A stretch of 64,000 nucleotides of DNA, taken from assembly GCA_002269645.1 (NCBI GenBank), contig NIVC01000613.1, positions 62,001 through 126,000 on the forward strand, in the 5' to 3' direction. How positions within the stretch are numbered: position 1 is the first letter of the stretch; every line of letters begins with the position of its first letter. A model generated the notes under the pieces. That model was not told the DNA's origin, searched no databases, and saw nothing but the letters and a program-made list of their open reading frames with translations. This document shows positions 1-13,440 of this stretch, one piece after another. Position numbers and translations under genes: made by a program. This DNA is from Macrostomum lignano (taxonomy: Eukaryota).

Positions 1-3000
1 GAGAGGCAAGGGAGAGACAAGAGAGAGACAATAGAGAGACAAGAGAGAGGCAAGGGAGAGACAAGAGAGAGACAAGGGAGAGAAAGAGACAATAGAGAGA
101 CAAGAGAGAGGCAAGGAAGAGACAAGAGAGAGACAAGAGAGAGACAAGAGAGAGACAATAGAGAGACAAGAGAGAGGCAAGGGAAAGACAAGAGAGAGGC
201 AAGGGAGAGACAAGAGAGGCAAGGGAGAGACAAGAGAGAGGCAAGGGAGAGACAAGAGAGAGGCAAGGGAGAGACAAGAGAGAGGCAAGGGAGAGACAAG
301 AGAGAGGCAAGGGAGAGACAAGAGAGAGGCAAGGAAGAGACAAGAGAGAGGCAAGGGAGAGACAAGAGAGAGATGCAAGGGAGAGAGAGACATGAGAGAG
401 GCAAGGGAGAGACAAGAGAGAGACAAGAGAGAGGCAAGGAAGAGACAAGAGAGAGACAAGAGAGAGACAAGAGAGAGACAATAGAGAGACAAGAGAGAGG
501 CAAGGGAGAGGCAAGGAGAGACAAGAGAGAGACAAGGGAGAGAGAGAGACAATAGAGAGACAAGAGAGAGGCAAGAGAGAGACAAGAGAGAGACAAGGGA
601 GAGACAAGAGAGAGACAAGGGAGAGAAAGAGACAATAGAGAGACAAGAGAGAGGCAAGGGAGAGACAAGAGAGAGACAATAGAGAGACAAGAGAGAGGCA
701 AGAGAGAGACAAGAGAGAGACAAGAGAGAGACAAGAGAGAGGCAAGGGAGAGACAAGAGAGAGGCAAGGGAGAGGCAAGAGAGAGACAAGAGAGAGACAA
801 GAGAGAGACAAGAGAGAGGCAAGGGAGAGACAAGAGAGAGGCAAGGGGGAGACAAGAGAGAGGCAAGGGAGAGGCAAGAGAGAGACAATAGAGAGACAAG
901 AGAGAGACAAGAGAGAGACAAGAGAGAGGCAAGGAAGAGACAAGAGAGAGACAAGAGAGAGACAAGAGAGAGACAATAGAGAGACAAGAGAGAGACAAGG
1001 GAAAGACAAGAGAGAGGCAAGGGAGAGACAAGAGAGGCAAGGAGAGACAAGAGAGAGGCAAGGGAGAGACAAGAGAGAGGCAAGGAGAGACAAGAGAGAG
1101 GCAAGGGAGAGACAAGAGAGAGACAAGAGAGAGACAAGAGAGAGACAATAGAGAGACAAGAGAGAGGCAAGGGAAAGACAAGAGAGAGGCAAGGGAGAGA
1201 CAAGAGAGGCAAGGGAGAGACAAGAGAGAGGCAAGGGAGAGACAAGAGAGAGGCAAGGGAGAGACAAGAGAGAGGCAAGGGAGAGGCAAGAGAGAGGCAA
1301 GGAAGAGACAAGAGAGAGGCAAGGGAGAGACAAGAGAGAGATGCAAGGGAGAGAGAGACAAGAGAGAGGCAAGGGAGAGACAAGAGAGAGGCAAGGAAGA
1401 GACAAGAGAGAGGCAAGGGAGAGACAAGAGAGAGATGCAAGGGAGAGAGAGACATGAGAGAGGCAAGGGAGAGACAAGAGAGAGACAAGAGAGAGACAAG
1501 AGAGAGACAATAGAGAGACAAGAGAGAGGCAAGGGAGAGGCAAGGGAGAGACAAGAGAGAGACAAGGGAGAGAGAGAGACAAGGGAGAGACAAGAGAGAG
1601 ACAAGGGAGAGAAAGAGACAATAGAGAGACAAGAGAGAGGCAAGGGAGAGACAAGAGAGAGACAATAGAGAGGCAAGGGAGAGACAAGAGAGAGACAATA
1701 GAGAGGCAAGAGAGAGGCAAGAGAGAGACAAGAGAGAGACAAGAGAGAGACAAGAGAGAGGCAAGGGAGAGACAAGAGAGAGGCAAGGGAGAGGCAAGAG
1801 AGAGACAAGAGAGAGACAAGAGAGAGACAAGAGAGAGGCAAGGGAGAGACAAGAGAGAGGCAAGGGAGAGACAAGAGAGAGGCAAGGGAGAGACAAGAGA
1901 GAGGCAAGGGAGAGGCAAGAGAGAGACAATAGAGAGACAAGAGAGAGACAAGAGAGAGACAAGAGAGAGGCAAGGAAGAGACAAGAGAGAGGCAAGGGAG
2001 AGACAAGAGAGAGGCAAGGGAGAGACAAGAGAGAGACAAGAGAGAGACAAGAGAGAGATGCAAGGGAGAGAGAGACATGAGAGAGGCAAGGAAGAGACAA
2101 GAGAGAGGCAAGGGAGAGACAAGAGAGAGGCAAGGGAGAGACAAGAGAGAGGCAAGGGAGAGACAAGAGAGAGGCAAGGGAGAGACAAGAGAGAGGCAAG
2201 GGAGAGACAAGAGAGAGACAAGGGAGAGAAAGAGACAATAGAGAGACAAGAGAGAGGCAAGGAAGAGACAAGAGAGAGACAAGAGAGAGACAAGAGAGAG
2301 ACAATAGAGAGACAAGAGAGAGGCAAGGGAAAGACAAGAGAGAGGCAAGGGAGAGACAAGAGAGGCAAGGGAGAGACAAGAGAGAGGCAAGGGAGAGACA
2401 AGAGAGAGGCAAGGGAGAGACAAGAGAGAGGCAAGGGAGAGACAAGAGAGAGGCAAGGGAGAGACAAGAGAGAGGCAAGGAAGAGACAAGAGAGAGGCAA
2501 GGGAGAGACAAGAGAGAGATGCAAGGGAGAGAGAGACATGAGAGAGGCAAGGGAGAGACAAGAGAGAGACAAGAGAGAGGCAAGGAAGAGACAAGAGAGA
2601 GACAAGAGAGAGACAAGAGAGAGACAATAGAGAGACAAGAGAGAGGCAAGGGAGAGGCAAGGGAGAGACAAGAGAGAGACAAGGGAGAGAGAGAGACAAT
2701 AGAGAGACAAGAGAGAGGCAAGAGAGAGACAAGAGAGAGACAAGGGAGAGACAAGAGAGAGACAAGGGAGAGAAAGAGACAATAGAGAGACAAGAGAGAG
2801 GCAAGGGAGAGACAAGAGAGAGACAATAGAGAGACAAGAGAGAGGCAAGAGAGAGACAAGAGAGAGACAAGAGAGAGACAAGAGAGAGGCAAGGGAGAGA
2901 CAAGAGAGAGGCAAGAGAGAGGCAAGGAAGAGACAAGAGAGAGACAAGAGAGAGGCAAGGAAGAGACAAGAGAGAGACAAGAGAGAGACAAGAGAGAGAC

Positions 3001-6000
3001 AATAGAGAGACAAGAGAGAGGCAAGGGAGAGGCAAGGGAGAGACAAGAGAGAGACAAGGGAGAGAAAGAGACAATAGAGAGACAAGAGAGAGGCAAGGAA
3101 GAGACAAGAGAGAGACAAGAGAGAGACAAGAGAGAGACAATAGAGAGACAAGAGAGAGGCAAGGGAAAGACAAGAGAGAGGCAAGGAGAGACAAGAGAGG
3201 CAAGGGAGAGACAAGAGAGAGGCAAGGGAGAGACAAGAGAGAGGCAAGGGAGAGACAAGAGAGAGGCAAGGGAGAGACAAGAGAGAGGCAAGGAGAGACA
3301 AGAGAGAGGCAAGGAAGAGACAAGAGAGAGGCAAGGGAGAGACAAGAGAGAGATGCAAGGGAGAGAGAGACATGAGAGAGGCAAGGGAGAGACAAGAGAG
3401 AGACAAGAGAGAGGCAAGGAAGAGACAAGAGAGAGACAAGAGAGAGACAAGAGAGAGACAATAGAGAGACAAGAGAGAGGCAAGGGAGAGACAAGAGAGA
3501 GACAAGGGAGAGAAAGAGACAATAGAGAGACAAGAGAGAGGCAAGGAAGAGACAAGAGAGAGACAAGAGAGAGACAAGAGAGAGACAATAGAGAGACAAG
3601 AGAGAGGCAAGGGAGAGACAAGAGAGAGGCAAGGGAGAGACAAGAGAGAGGCAAGGGAGAGACAAGAGAGAGGCAAGGGAGAGACAAGAGAGAGGCAAGG
3701 AAGAGACAAGAGAGAGGCAAGGGAGAGACAAGAGAGAGATGCAAGGGAGAGAGAGACATGAGAGAGGCAAGGGAGAGACAAGAGAGAGACAAGAGAGAGG
3801 CAAGGAAGAGACAAGAGAGAGACAAGAGAGAGACAAGAGAGAGACAATAGAGAGACAAGAGAGAGGCAAGGGAGAGGCAAGGGAGAGACAAGAGAGAGAC
3901 AAGGGAGAGAGAGAGACAATAGAGAGACAAGAGAGAGGCAAGAGAGAGACAAGAGAGAGACAAGGGAGAGACAAGAGAGAGACAAGGGAGAGAAAGAGAC
4001 AATAGAGAGACAAGAGAGAGGCAAGGGAGAGACAAGAGAGAGACAATAGAGAGACAAGAGAGAGGCAAGAGAGAGACAAGAGAGAGACAAGAGAGAGACA
4101 AGAGAGAGGCAAGGGAGAGACAAGAGAGAGGCAAGGGAGAGGCAAGAGAGAGACAAGAGAGAGACAAGAGAGAGACAAGAGAGAGGCAAGGGAGAGACAA
4201 GAGAGAGGCAAGGGAGAGACAAGAGAGAGGCAAGGGAGAGGCAAGAGAGAGACAATAGAGAGACAAGAGAGAGACAAGAGAGAGACAAGAGAGAGGCAAG
4301 GAAGAGACAAGAGAGAGACAAGAGAGAGACAAGAGAGAGACAATAGAGAGACAAGAGAGAGGCAAGGGAAAGACAAGAGAGAGGCAAGGGAGAGACAAGA
4401 GAGGCAAGGGAGAGACAAGAGAGAGGCAAGGGAGAGACAAGAGAGAGGCAAGGGAGAGACAAGAGAGAGGCAAGGGAGAGACAAGAGAGAGACAAGAGAG
4501 AGACAAGAGAGAGACAATAGAGAGACAAGAGAGAGGCAAGGGAAAGACAAGAGAGAGGCAAGGGAGAGACAAGAGAGGCAAGGGAGAGACAAGAGAGAGG
4601 CAAGGGAGAGACAAGAGAGAGGCAAGGGAGAGACAAGAGAGAGGCAAGGGAGAGACAAGAGAGAGGCAAGGGAGAGACAAGAGAGAGATGCAAGGGAGAG
4701 AGAGACATGAGAGAGGCAAGGGAGAGACAAGAGAGAGACAAGAGAGAGGCAAGGAAGAGACAAGAGAGAGACAAGAGAGAGACAAGAGAGAGACAATAGA
4801 GAGACAAGAGAGAGGCAAGGGAGAGGCAAGGGAGAGACAAGAGAGAGACAAGGGAGAGAGAGAGACAATAGAGAGACAAGAGAGAGGCAAGAGAGAGACA
4901 AGAGAGAGACAAGGGAGAGACAAGAGAGAGACAAGGGAGAGAAAGAGACAATAGAGAGACAAGAGAGAGGCAAGGGAGAGACAAGAGAGAGACAATAGAG
5001 AGACAAGAGAGAGGCAAGAGAGAGACAAGAGAGAGACAAGAGAGAGACAAGAGAGAGGCAAGGGAGAGACAAGAGAGAGGCAAGAGAGAGGCAAGGAAGA
5101 GACAAGAGAGAGACAAGAGAGAGGCAAGGAAGAGACAAGAGAGAGACAAGAGAGAGACAAGAGAGAGACAATAGAGAGACAAGAGAGAGGCAAGGGAGAG
5201 GCAAGGGAGAGACAAGAGAGAGACAAGGGAGAGAAAGAGACAATAGAGAGACAAGAGAGAGGCAAGGAAGAGACAAGAGAGAGACAAGAGAGAGACAAGA
5301 GAGAGACAATAGAGAGACAAGAGAGAGGCAAGGGAAAGACAAGAGAGAGGCAAGGGAGAGACAAGAGAGGCAAGGGAGAGACAAGAGAGAGGCAAGGGAG
5401 AGACAAGAGAGAGGCAAGGGAGAGACAAGAGAGAGGCAAGGGAGAGACAAGAGAGAGGCAAGGGAGAGACAAGAGAGAGGCAAGGAAGAGACAAGAGAGA
5501 GGCAAGGGAGAGACAAGAGAGAGATGCAAGGGAGAGAGAGACATGAGAGAGGCAAGGAGAGACAAGAGAGAGACAAGAGAGAGGCAAGGAAGAGACAAGA
5601 GAGAGACAAGAGAGAGACAAGAGAGAGACAATAGAGAGACAAGAGAGAGGCAAGGGAGAGACAAGAGAGAGACAAGGGAGAGAAAGAGACAATAGAGAGA
5701 CAAGAGAGAGGCAAGGAAGAGACAAGAGAGAGACAAGAGAGAGACAAGAGAGAGACAATAGAGAGACAAGAGAGAGGCAAGGGAGAGACAAGAGAGAGGC
5801 AAGGGAGAGACAAGAGAGAGGCAAGGGAGAGACAAGAGAGAGGCAAGGGAGAGACAAGAGAGAGGCAAGGAAGAGACAAGAGAGAGGCAAGGGAGAGACA
5901 AGAGAGAGATGCAAGGGAGAGAGAGACATGAGAGAGGCAAGGGAGAGACAAGAGAGAGACAAGAGAGAGGCAAGGAAGAGACAAGAGAGAGACAAGAGAG

Positions 6001-7735
6001 AGACAAGAGAGAGACAATAGAGAGACAAGAGAGAGGCAAGGGAGAGGCAAGGGAGAGACAAGAGAGAGACAAGGGAGAGAGAGAGACAATAGAGAGACAA
6101 GAGAGAGGCAAGAGAGAGACAAGAGAGAGACAAGGGAGAGACAAGAGAGAGACAAGGGAGAGAAAGAGACAATAGAGAGACAAGAGAGAGGCAAGGGAGA
6201 GACAAGAGAGAGACAATAGAGAGACAAGAGAGAGACAATAGAGAGACAAGAGAGAGACAAGAGAGAGACAAGAGAGAGGCAAGGGAGAGACAAGAGAGAG
6301 GCAAGGGAGAGGCAAGAGAGAGACAAGAGAGAGACAAGAGAGAGACAAGAGAGAGGCAAGGGAGAGACAAGAGAGAGGCAAGGGAGAGACAAGAGAGAGG
6401 CAAGGGAGAGGCAAGAGAGAGACAATAGAGAGACAAGAGAGAGACAAGAGAGAGACAAGAGAGAGGCAAGGAAGAGACAAGAGAGAGACAAGAGAGAGAC
6501 AAGAGAGAGACAATAGAGAGACAAGAGAGAGGCAAGGGAAAGACAAGAGAGAGGCAAGGGAGAGACAAGAGAGGCAAGGGAGAGACAAGAGAGAGGCAAG
6601 GGAGAGACAAGAGAGAGGCAAGGGAGAGACAAGAGAGAGGCAAGGGAGAGACAAGAGAGAGACAAGAGAGAGACAAGAGAGAGACAATAGAGAGACAAGA
6701 GAGAGGCAAGGGAAAGACAAGAGAGAGGCAAGGGAGAGACAAGAGAGGCAAGGGAGAGACAAGAGAGAGGCAAGGGAGAGACAAGAGAGAGGCAAGGGAG
6801 AGACAAGAGAGAGGCAAGGGAGAGACAAGAGAGAGGCAAGGGAGAAACAAGAGAGAGGCAAGGAAGAGACAAGAGAGAGGCAAGGGAGAGACAAGAGAGA
6901 GATGCAAGGGAGAGAGAGACATGAGAGAGGCAAGGGAGAGACAAGAGAGAGACAAGAGAGAGGCAAGGAAGAGACAAGAGAGAGACAAGAGAGAGACAAG
7001 AGAGAGACAATAGAGAGACAAGAGAGAGGCAAGGGAGAGGCAAGGGAGAGACAAGAGAGAGACAAGGGAGAGAGAGAGACAATAGAGAGACAAGAGAGAG
7101 GCAAGAGAGAGACAAGAGAGAGACAAGGGAGAGACAAGAGAGAGACAAGGGAGAGAAAGAGACAATAGAGAGACAAGAGAGAGGCAAGGGAGAGACAAGA
7201 GAGAGACAATAGAGAGACAAGAGAGAGGCAAGAGAGAGACAAGAGAGAGACAAGAGAGAGACAAGAGAGAGGCAAGGGAGAGACAAGAGAGAGGCAAGGG
7301 AGAGGCAAGAGAGAGACAAGAGAGAGACAAGAGAGAGACAAGAGAGAGGCAAGGGAGAGACAAGAGAGAGGCAAGGGAGAGACAAGAGAGAGGCAAGGGA
7401 GAGACAAGAGAGAGGCAAGGGAGAGGCAAGAGAGAGACAATAGAGAGACAAGAGAGAGACAAGAGAGAGACAAGAGAGAGGCAAGGAAGAGACAAGAGAG
7501 AGACAAGAGAGAGACAAGAGAGAGACAATAGAGAGACAAGAGAGAGGCAAGGGAAAGACAAGAGAGAGGCAAGGGAGAGACAAGAGAGGCAAGGGAGAGA
7601 CAAGAGAGAGGCAAGGGAGAGACAAGAGAGAGGCAAGGGAGAGACAAGAGAGAGGCAAGGGAGAGACAAGAGAGAGACAAGAGAGAGGCAAGGGAGAGAC
7701 AAGAGAGAGGCAAGGGAGAGAGAGACAAGACAGAC
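1..7735. repeat. GA-rich satellite, 11-bp units (GAGAGACAAGA / GAGAGGCAAGG) with higher-order structure; fills the protocadherin intron
   Basis: Direct reading. The translated period of 11 aa equals 3 x 11 nt. The marker variant GATGCAAGGGAGAGAGAGACATG recurs at about 373, 1435, 2058, 2519, 3353, 3739, 4688, 5523, 5909 and 6902. Confidence 0.97.
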
Positions 7736-7793
7736 AACGGAGACAGGGGAGAGACAACTGAGAGGCAAGCAGAGTGGAGCAGCAGCCACTGAC

Positions 7794-8335
7794 CTGAGCA
7801 GGCCATTCGCAGTCGAGTCCGGGTCCGCTGCAGCTGGCAGCGGGAAGGTGGCTCCAATCTTGCTATTCTCGGCCACCTTCAGCGTGAACATTGGGATGGA
7901 GAACTTGGGCGGGTGGTCGTTCCTGTCGATCACTTCCACTCTTACCCGGGCGATGTCGCTGCCACCTTTGTCGTCGACAATTGCGACGCGCAATTCAATA
8001 ACGGCGCAGTTGACGTCGGAGTCTCCGACTGAGCACAGCTGCTCGCGGTCGATTTCACGACGCAGAGTCAACACGGTGTCGCGCCGGCGGATGTCGAAGT
8101 ATTCGCCGGAAAGACCGCCGCCGCTGCCTCCGCCGCCGAGCACTTTGAAGGTGGCAGCGGAGGCCGACATATCAGAGAGTCGGCATTCACCGCGGCCGTC
8201 TCGTCGGCGCAGAGCGGTGCCCGCCAGCGCGTCGTCCAGCACCTCGCAGTCCAACCGCGAGGATGGCGAATCGGCGAGAGTCTCTGCTACTAGGAGAACA
8301 AGCAGCAGGCAAACTGTTCTCGAATGGTGACTCAT
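7794..8335 (-). CDS. Protocadherin (delta-like), first coding exon: signal peptide, EC1 and start of EC2; the rest lies beyond the left edge of the window
   Basis: Hand translation from ATG at 8335: MSHHSRTVCLLLVLLVAETLA (signal peptide) ... LRREIDREQLC ... VIDRNDHPPKF ... VAENSKIGATFPLPAAADPDSTANGLLR. These are cadherin DRE, DxNDxxP, AEN and AxDxD motifs, and DREQLC is typical of protocadherin EC1. Phase-2 donor AG|GTCAGT at 7793. Absent from the ORF track because the frame has no stop before the window edge. Confidence 0.9.
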
Positions 8336-8439
8336 TTGAGCCTGGTGTGTCTGGTCTGGTCTGCAATTAATCATCAGAGTAATAGGTGGCACCTTTGAAA
8401 GCTTTGCGGGAGAATGTTTTTGAGTGGCATCAAATGGGG

Positions 8440-9960
8440 GACGAGAACAGAGAAAAGGAGAGAGAGGTGAAAGGAGAGGAGAGAGGGTAGAGGAGAGGGA
8501 GATGAGAGGGGAGAGGGGAGAAGAGAATGGAGAGAGGAGAGGAGACAGACGAGAGAGGAGAAGAGAGGTGTTGTGTTTTAGTTAATTGAATTGAATTCAG
8601 TCAGTTGGAGACACTTGGGTCTCGCTCAATATATTTATAGTCAAAGCATGCACGATGAACATTACTCAATCGTTAGCTAGCATTGGCACGTTAAACTGAA
8701 CACTGATTGTGCAATAACTTATCAATAGATTTCAAAGCAAACTATTCAATGAATCATCATGCAACTAAATCACGTTGCACTGTCACAACAAGAGGGGAGA
8801 GAGGAGAGAGGAGAGGGAGAGAGGAGAGGGGAGAGAGGAGAGAGGAGAGAGGAGAGGGGAGAGAGGAGAGGGGAGAGAGGAGAGGGGAGAGAGGAGAGGG
8901 GAGAGAGGAGAGGGGAGAAAGGAGAGAGGAGAAGAGAGGGGAGAGAGGAGAGGGGAGAGAGGAGAAGAGAGGGAGAGAGGAGAGGGGAGAGAGGAGAGGG
9001 GAGAGAGAGGAGAGGGGAGAGAGGAGAGTGGAGAGAGGAGAGGGGAGAGAGGAGAGGGGAGAGAGGAGAGGGGAGAGAGGAGAGGGGAGAGAGGAGAGGG
9101 AGAGAGGAGAGGGGAGAGAGGAGAGGGGAGAGAGGAGAGGGGAGAGAGGAGAGGGGAGAGAGGAGAGGGGAGAGAGGAGAGGGGAGAGAGGAGAGGGGAG
9201 AGAGGAGAGGGGAGAGAGGAGAGGGGAGAGAGAGGAGAGGGGAGAGAGGAGAGGGGAGAGAGGAGAGGGGAGAGAGGAGAGGGGAGAGAGAGGAGGGGAG
9301 AGAGGAGAGGGGAGAGAGGAGAGGGGAGAGAGAGGAGAGGGGAGAGAGGAGAGGGGAGAGGCGAGAGGGGAGAGAGGAGAGGGGAGAGAGGAGAGGGGAG
9401 AGAGGAGAGGGGAGAAAGGAGAGAGGAGAAGAGAGGGGAGAGAGGAGAGGGGAGAGAGAGGAGAGGGGAGAGAGGAGAGGGGAGAGAGGAGAGGGGAGAG
9501 AGGAGAGGGGAGAGAGAGGAGAGGGGAGAGAGGAGAGGGGAGAGGCGAGAGGGGAGGGAGGAGAGGGGAGAGAGGAGAGGGGAGAGAGGAGAGGGGAGAG
9601 AGGAGAGGGGAGAGAGAGGAGAGGGGAGAGAGGAGAGGGAGAGAGGAGAGGGGAGAGAGAGGAGAGGGGAGAGAGGAGAGGGGAGAGGCGAGAGGGGAGA
9701 GAGGAGAGGGGAGAGAGGAGAGGGAGAGAGGAGAGGGAGAGAGGAGAGGGGAGAGAGAGGAGAGGGAGAGAGGAGAGGGGAGAGAGGAGAGGGAAAGAGG
9801 AGAGGGGAGAGAGGAGAGGGGAGAGAGGAGAGGGGAGAGAGGAGAGGGGAGAGAGGAGAGGGGAGAGAGGAGAGGGGAGAGAGGAGAGGGGAGAGAGGAG
9901 AGGGGAAAGAGGAGAGGGGAGAGAGGAGAGAGGAGAGAGGAGAGGGGAGAGAGGAGAGGG
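8440..9960. repeat. GA-rich repeat (14-bp GAGGAGAGGGGAGA), interrupted by a solo LTR at 8569-8790
   Basis: Direct reading; the overlapping long ORFs are repeat artefacts. Confidence 0.95.
8569..8790 (-). mobile_element. Solo LTR, 222 bp
   Basis: Ends TGTTGTG...CACAACA (7-bp inverted termini, TG...CA). Flanked by 5-bp direct repeat AGAGG (8564-8568 and 8791-8795). CTATAAATA TATA-like box on the minus strand. Confidence 0.8.
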
Positions 9961-10304
9961 GTGGACGACAAAGGAGATGAAAGGGAAGAAGGAAAAAGCA
10001 AGAGGAAAATAGGGCAGATGCAGATGACTAAAAGAGGGGAAAACAGGAAGGCAAGGTCAAGAATGCATACGTGTAAAAATAGGGAATAAAAGGCCCTGCT
10101 GCGATGTTTTTTACGAATCATTTTTTATCCTTCAAGCTATCATTTGCCGCTGTCACATGAGCTCAAAGCGGTGATGGTGATTGACATCCAGCCTCTTTTG
10201 TTTGAATTGTAGAATAATATATGCTTCTTAAGTTTTTTATCATATTCGCTTCCCTTAGTGATGATGACATCAAGGGTCATCAGAGGTAAATTCATCCTGG
10301 ATGA

Positions 10305-10995
10305 ATCCATTTTCCAAGATTATGGGAAGCAGAGTGGATTTAAGGGGAATTTTTAACGGTATTAAGGATTTTTGGACGGAAGAATGCGAAGATGAAGAGC
10401 ATTGGAACAAGAAAAAAGCACTTCAACATTCAGTCTGTGATGCCGGGTGTTCCATCTGACCAGCGACTTCAACTAAAGGAGATCAGGATCCAAAACTTGG
10501 AGAGTTTGGAACTTGGAGTTAAACCCAGTTTTGAGGCAATTCTGCCCATTTCGCTGACTCCACGAGGATCACGACGCTTTTACGCCCTCTAGGCTGAACT
10601 GGCTAATATTAATGTCTCCCTGGAAACCACCATTGAGGTGTTGCTACTCCAGGCTCCAGATCTAGATCGCCTTGACTTGCGTACGTCCATGACTAAGTTC
10701 TGCTGGTGTACGAGAGGAGCTGGGTTATAAAATAATAAAAAGGGGAACACTGCACGCCACCTGCTTGCCTTCAATAAACGTGTCCCTTCCTAACTATAGC
10801 CATTGTAAAGGTGTTTTCCTCAAAAAAAAAAGGTTCGAACACAGCAAACGCAATCAAGGAGCAACCACTCTAGAAGGAGAACTGGTGCTGCTGGTCTTAA
10901 AGGTCAGAGGTTGTGATGCGGTGAAATCTACCAGAATTATGTTTAAAGCGTCTTCTGTTAAAAGACGAATAAGTAGAGAATTTCTAAGCAAGTAA
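10305..10995 (+). pseudogene. Possible decayed leucine-rich-repeat (F-box/LRR-like) coding remnant
   Basis: One frame broken by stops gives FPRLWE, IQNLESLELG and QAPDLDRLDLR; the next ORF has LVLKVRGCDAV. These are LxxLxL-like motifs only, with no database confirmation. Confidence 0.3.
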
Positions 10996-11014
10996 TTCTG
11001 GTCACCGAACCTTC

Positions 11015-11460
11015 GTTGGCTTTATAGTCTATGGCCCGAGTGCAGTTCTGTGGCAGTGGCTTTATTGTCTATGGCCCGAGTGCAGTTCTGTGGCAGTGGC
11101 TTTATAGTCTATGGCCTGAGTGCAGTTCTGTGGCAGTGGCTTTATTGTCTATGGCCCGAGTGCAGTTCTGTGGCAGTGGCTTTATTGTCTATGGCCCGAG
11201 TGCAGTTCTGTGGCAGTGGCTTTATTGTCTATGGCCCGAGTGCAGTTCTGTGGCATTGGCTTTATAGTCTATGGCCCGAGTGCAGTTCTGTGGCAGTGGC
11301 TTTATAGTCTATGGCCCGAGTGCAGTTCTGTGGCAGTGGCTTTATTGTCTATGGCCGAGTGCAGTTCTGTGGCAGTGGCTTTATTGTCTATGGCCTGAGT
11401 GCAGTTCTGTGGCAGTGGCTTTATTGTCTATGGCCCGAGTGCAGTTTTGTGGCAGTGCCT
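11015..11460. repeat. 40-bp minisatellite (TCTATGGCCCGAGTGCAGTTCTGTGGCAGTGGCTTTATTG), about 11 copies
   Basis: Direct reading. Confidence 0.95.
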
Positions 11461-12029
11461 TAGCTATCATCAACTTGACTTGTACTTTAAATTTTTTGTT
11501 TTTTACCAAGAGGTAATTCAAATTCAGTGAAGCTTTCTAAATGTAATGAATGTGGCTGGTCTATTGTCTGTTAAATTGGCCAGCCTGTCCCTTGTCCAGG
11601 TAGATACAGTAAAAAAGGCCTTTGGTTGATCTCGGGAGCAGCTTAATGATCTTTCCTATTCAATCCGGGGCCCCTATTCAAACCATTCCCGTTTGGAGGA
11701 CTCGTTCGTGTTTCGGGCTGCAGTAGTGTGTGCTTTTTTCGTTTGCTTGTATGCGGAACCGAGTGGCCGCGTCAACTGTAGCAATTAAGTAGCCAGGGGC
11801 TAAAAACACAGCCACGCACTTTCACTCTTTCCTTCATGGCTGGATAGCTTTGCTTTTTTTGCGCGCGAACTTTTGTGCATTCATCTGTTTGGAGTGAAGA
11901 GTATAAATTGCTTTGAGTGCAAAAATGAGTGCACAGTTATCGTAAAATTGCGTCGGAACTGGTAGCGTCACTTTTGATTCGTTATCTCACTGTCATGGGT
12001 GCCATTCATGGATGTAAAATACATCTCTT

Positions 12030-13440
12030 TGATTGTAAAATGTGCCACTTCGACCGTAAAATGTGCCGTTTCTTTTTTCGACTGTAAAATGTGCCATTTC
12101 TTTTTTCGACTGTAAAATGTGCCATTTCTTTTTTCGACTGTAAAATGTGCCATTTCTTTTTTCGACTGTAAAATGTGCCATTTCTTTTTTCGACTGTAAA
12201 ATGTGCCATTTCTTTTTTCGACTGTAAAATGTGCCGTTTCGACTGTAAAATGTGCCACTTCGACCGTAAAATGTGCCGTTTCGACTGTAAAATGTGCCAC
12301 TTCGACTGTAAAATGTGCCATTTAGACTGTAAAATGTGCCACTTCGACTGTAAAATGTGCCATTTAGACTGTAAAATGTGCCACTTCGACTGTAAAATGT
12401 GCCATTTAGACTGTAAAATGTGCCACTTCGACTGTAAAAAGTGCAATTTCGACTGTAAAAAGTGCCACTTCGACTGTAAAAAGTGCCACTTCAACTGTAA
12501 AAGTGCCATTTCGACTGTAAAAAGTGCCACTTCGACTGTAAAAAGTGCCATTTCGACTGTAAAAAGTGCAATTTCGACTGTAAAAAGTGCCACTTCAACT
12601 GTAAAAAGTGCCATTTCGACTGTAAAAAGTGCCACTTCAACTGTAAAAAGTGCCATTTCGACTGTAAAAAGTGCAATTTCGACTGTAAAAAGTGCCACTT
12701 CAACTGTAAAAAGTGCCATTTCGACTGTAAAAAGTGCCATTTCGACTGTAAAAAGTGCCACTTCAACTGTAAAAAGTGCCATTTCGACTGTAAAAAGTGC
12801 CATTTCGACTGTAAAAAGTGCCACTTCAACTGTAAAAAGTGCCATTTCGACTGTAAAAAGTGCCATTTCGACTGTAAAAAGTGCCACTTCAACTGTAAAA
12901 AGTGCCATTTCGACTGTAAAAAGTGCCACTTCAACTGTAAAAAGTGCCATTTCGACTGTAAAAAGTGCCATTTCGACTGTAAAAAGTGCCACTTCAACTG
13001 TAAAAAGTGCCATTTCGACTGTAAAAAGTGCCATTTCGACTGTAAAAAGTGCCACTTCAACTGTAAAAAGTGCCATTTCGACTGTAAAAAGTGCCACTTC
13101 AACTGTAAAAAGTGCCATTTCGACTGTAAAAAGTGCCATTTCGACTGTAAAAAGTGCCACTTCAACTGTAAAAAGTGCCATTTCGACTGTAAAAAGTGCC
13201 ATTTCGACTGTAAAAAGTGCCAATTCGATTGTAAAAAGTGCCACTTCAACTGTAAAATGTGCCATTTCGACTGTAAAAAGTGCCATTTCGACTGTAAAAA
13301 GTGCAATTTCGACTGTAAAAAGTGCCAATTCGATTGTAAAAAGTGCCACTTCGACTGTAAAAAGTGCCACTTCGACTGTAAAATGTGCCATTTCGACTGT
13401 AAAAACCATGCTTTGACTGTAGAATGTGCCATTTCAACTG
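12030..13440. repeat. 21-bp minisatellite (ACTGTAAAAAGTGCCATTTCG) with 20-bp and T-run variants at the left end
   Basis: Direct reading; 7-aa period in the spurious ORFs. Confidence 0.96.

Noticed and set aside
373-7168. Many ORFs rich in R/E/G/K/Q in the first satellite, and similar ORFs at 8.7-10.1, 12-13.4, 16.4-17.5, 21.8-23, 27.6-28.8, 31.7-32.8, 46.6-47.2 and 53-55 kb
   Set aside because: Translations of stop-free tandem repeats, open in several frames at once, with no splice or domain support.
10245-10283. Hammerhead-like CTGATGA followed by a CCCTT/AAGGG hairpin on the minus strand
   Set aside because: The core continues GAAG rather than GAAA, stem II register is off by one, and no stems I/III were found. 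Other CTGATGA sites (14122, 20878, 24652, 61553) also fail.
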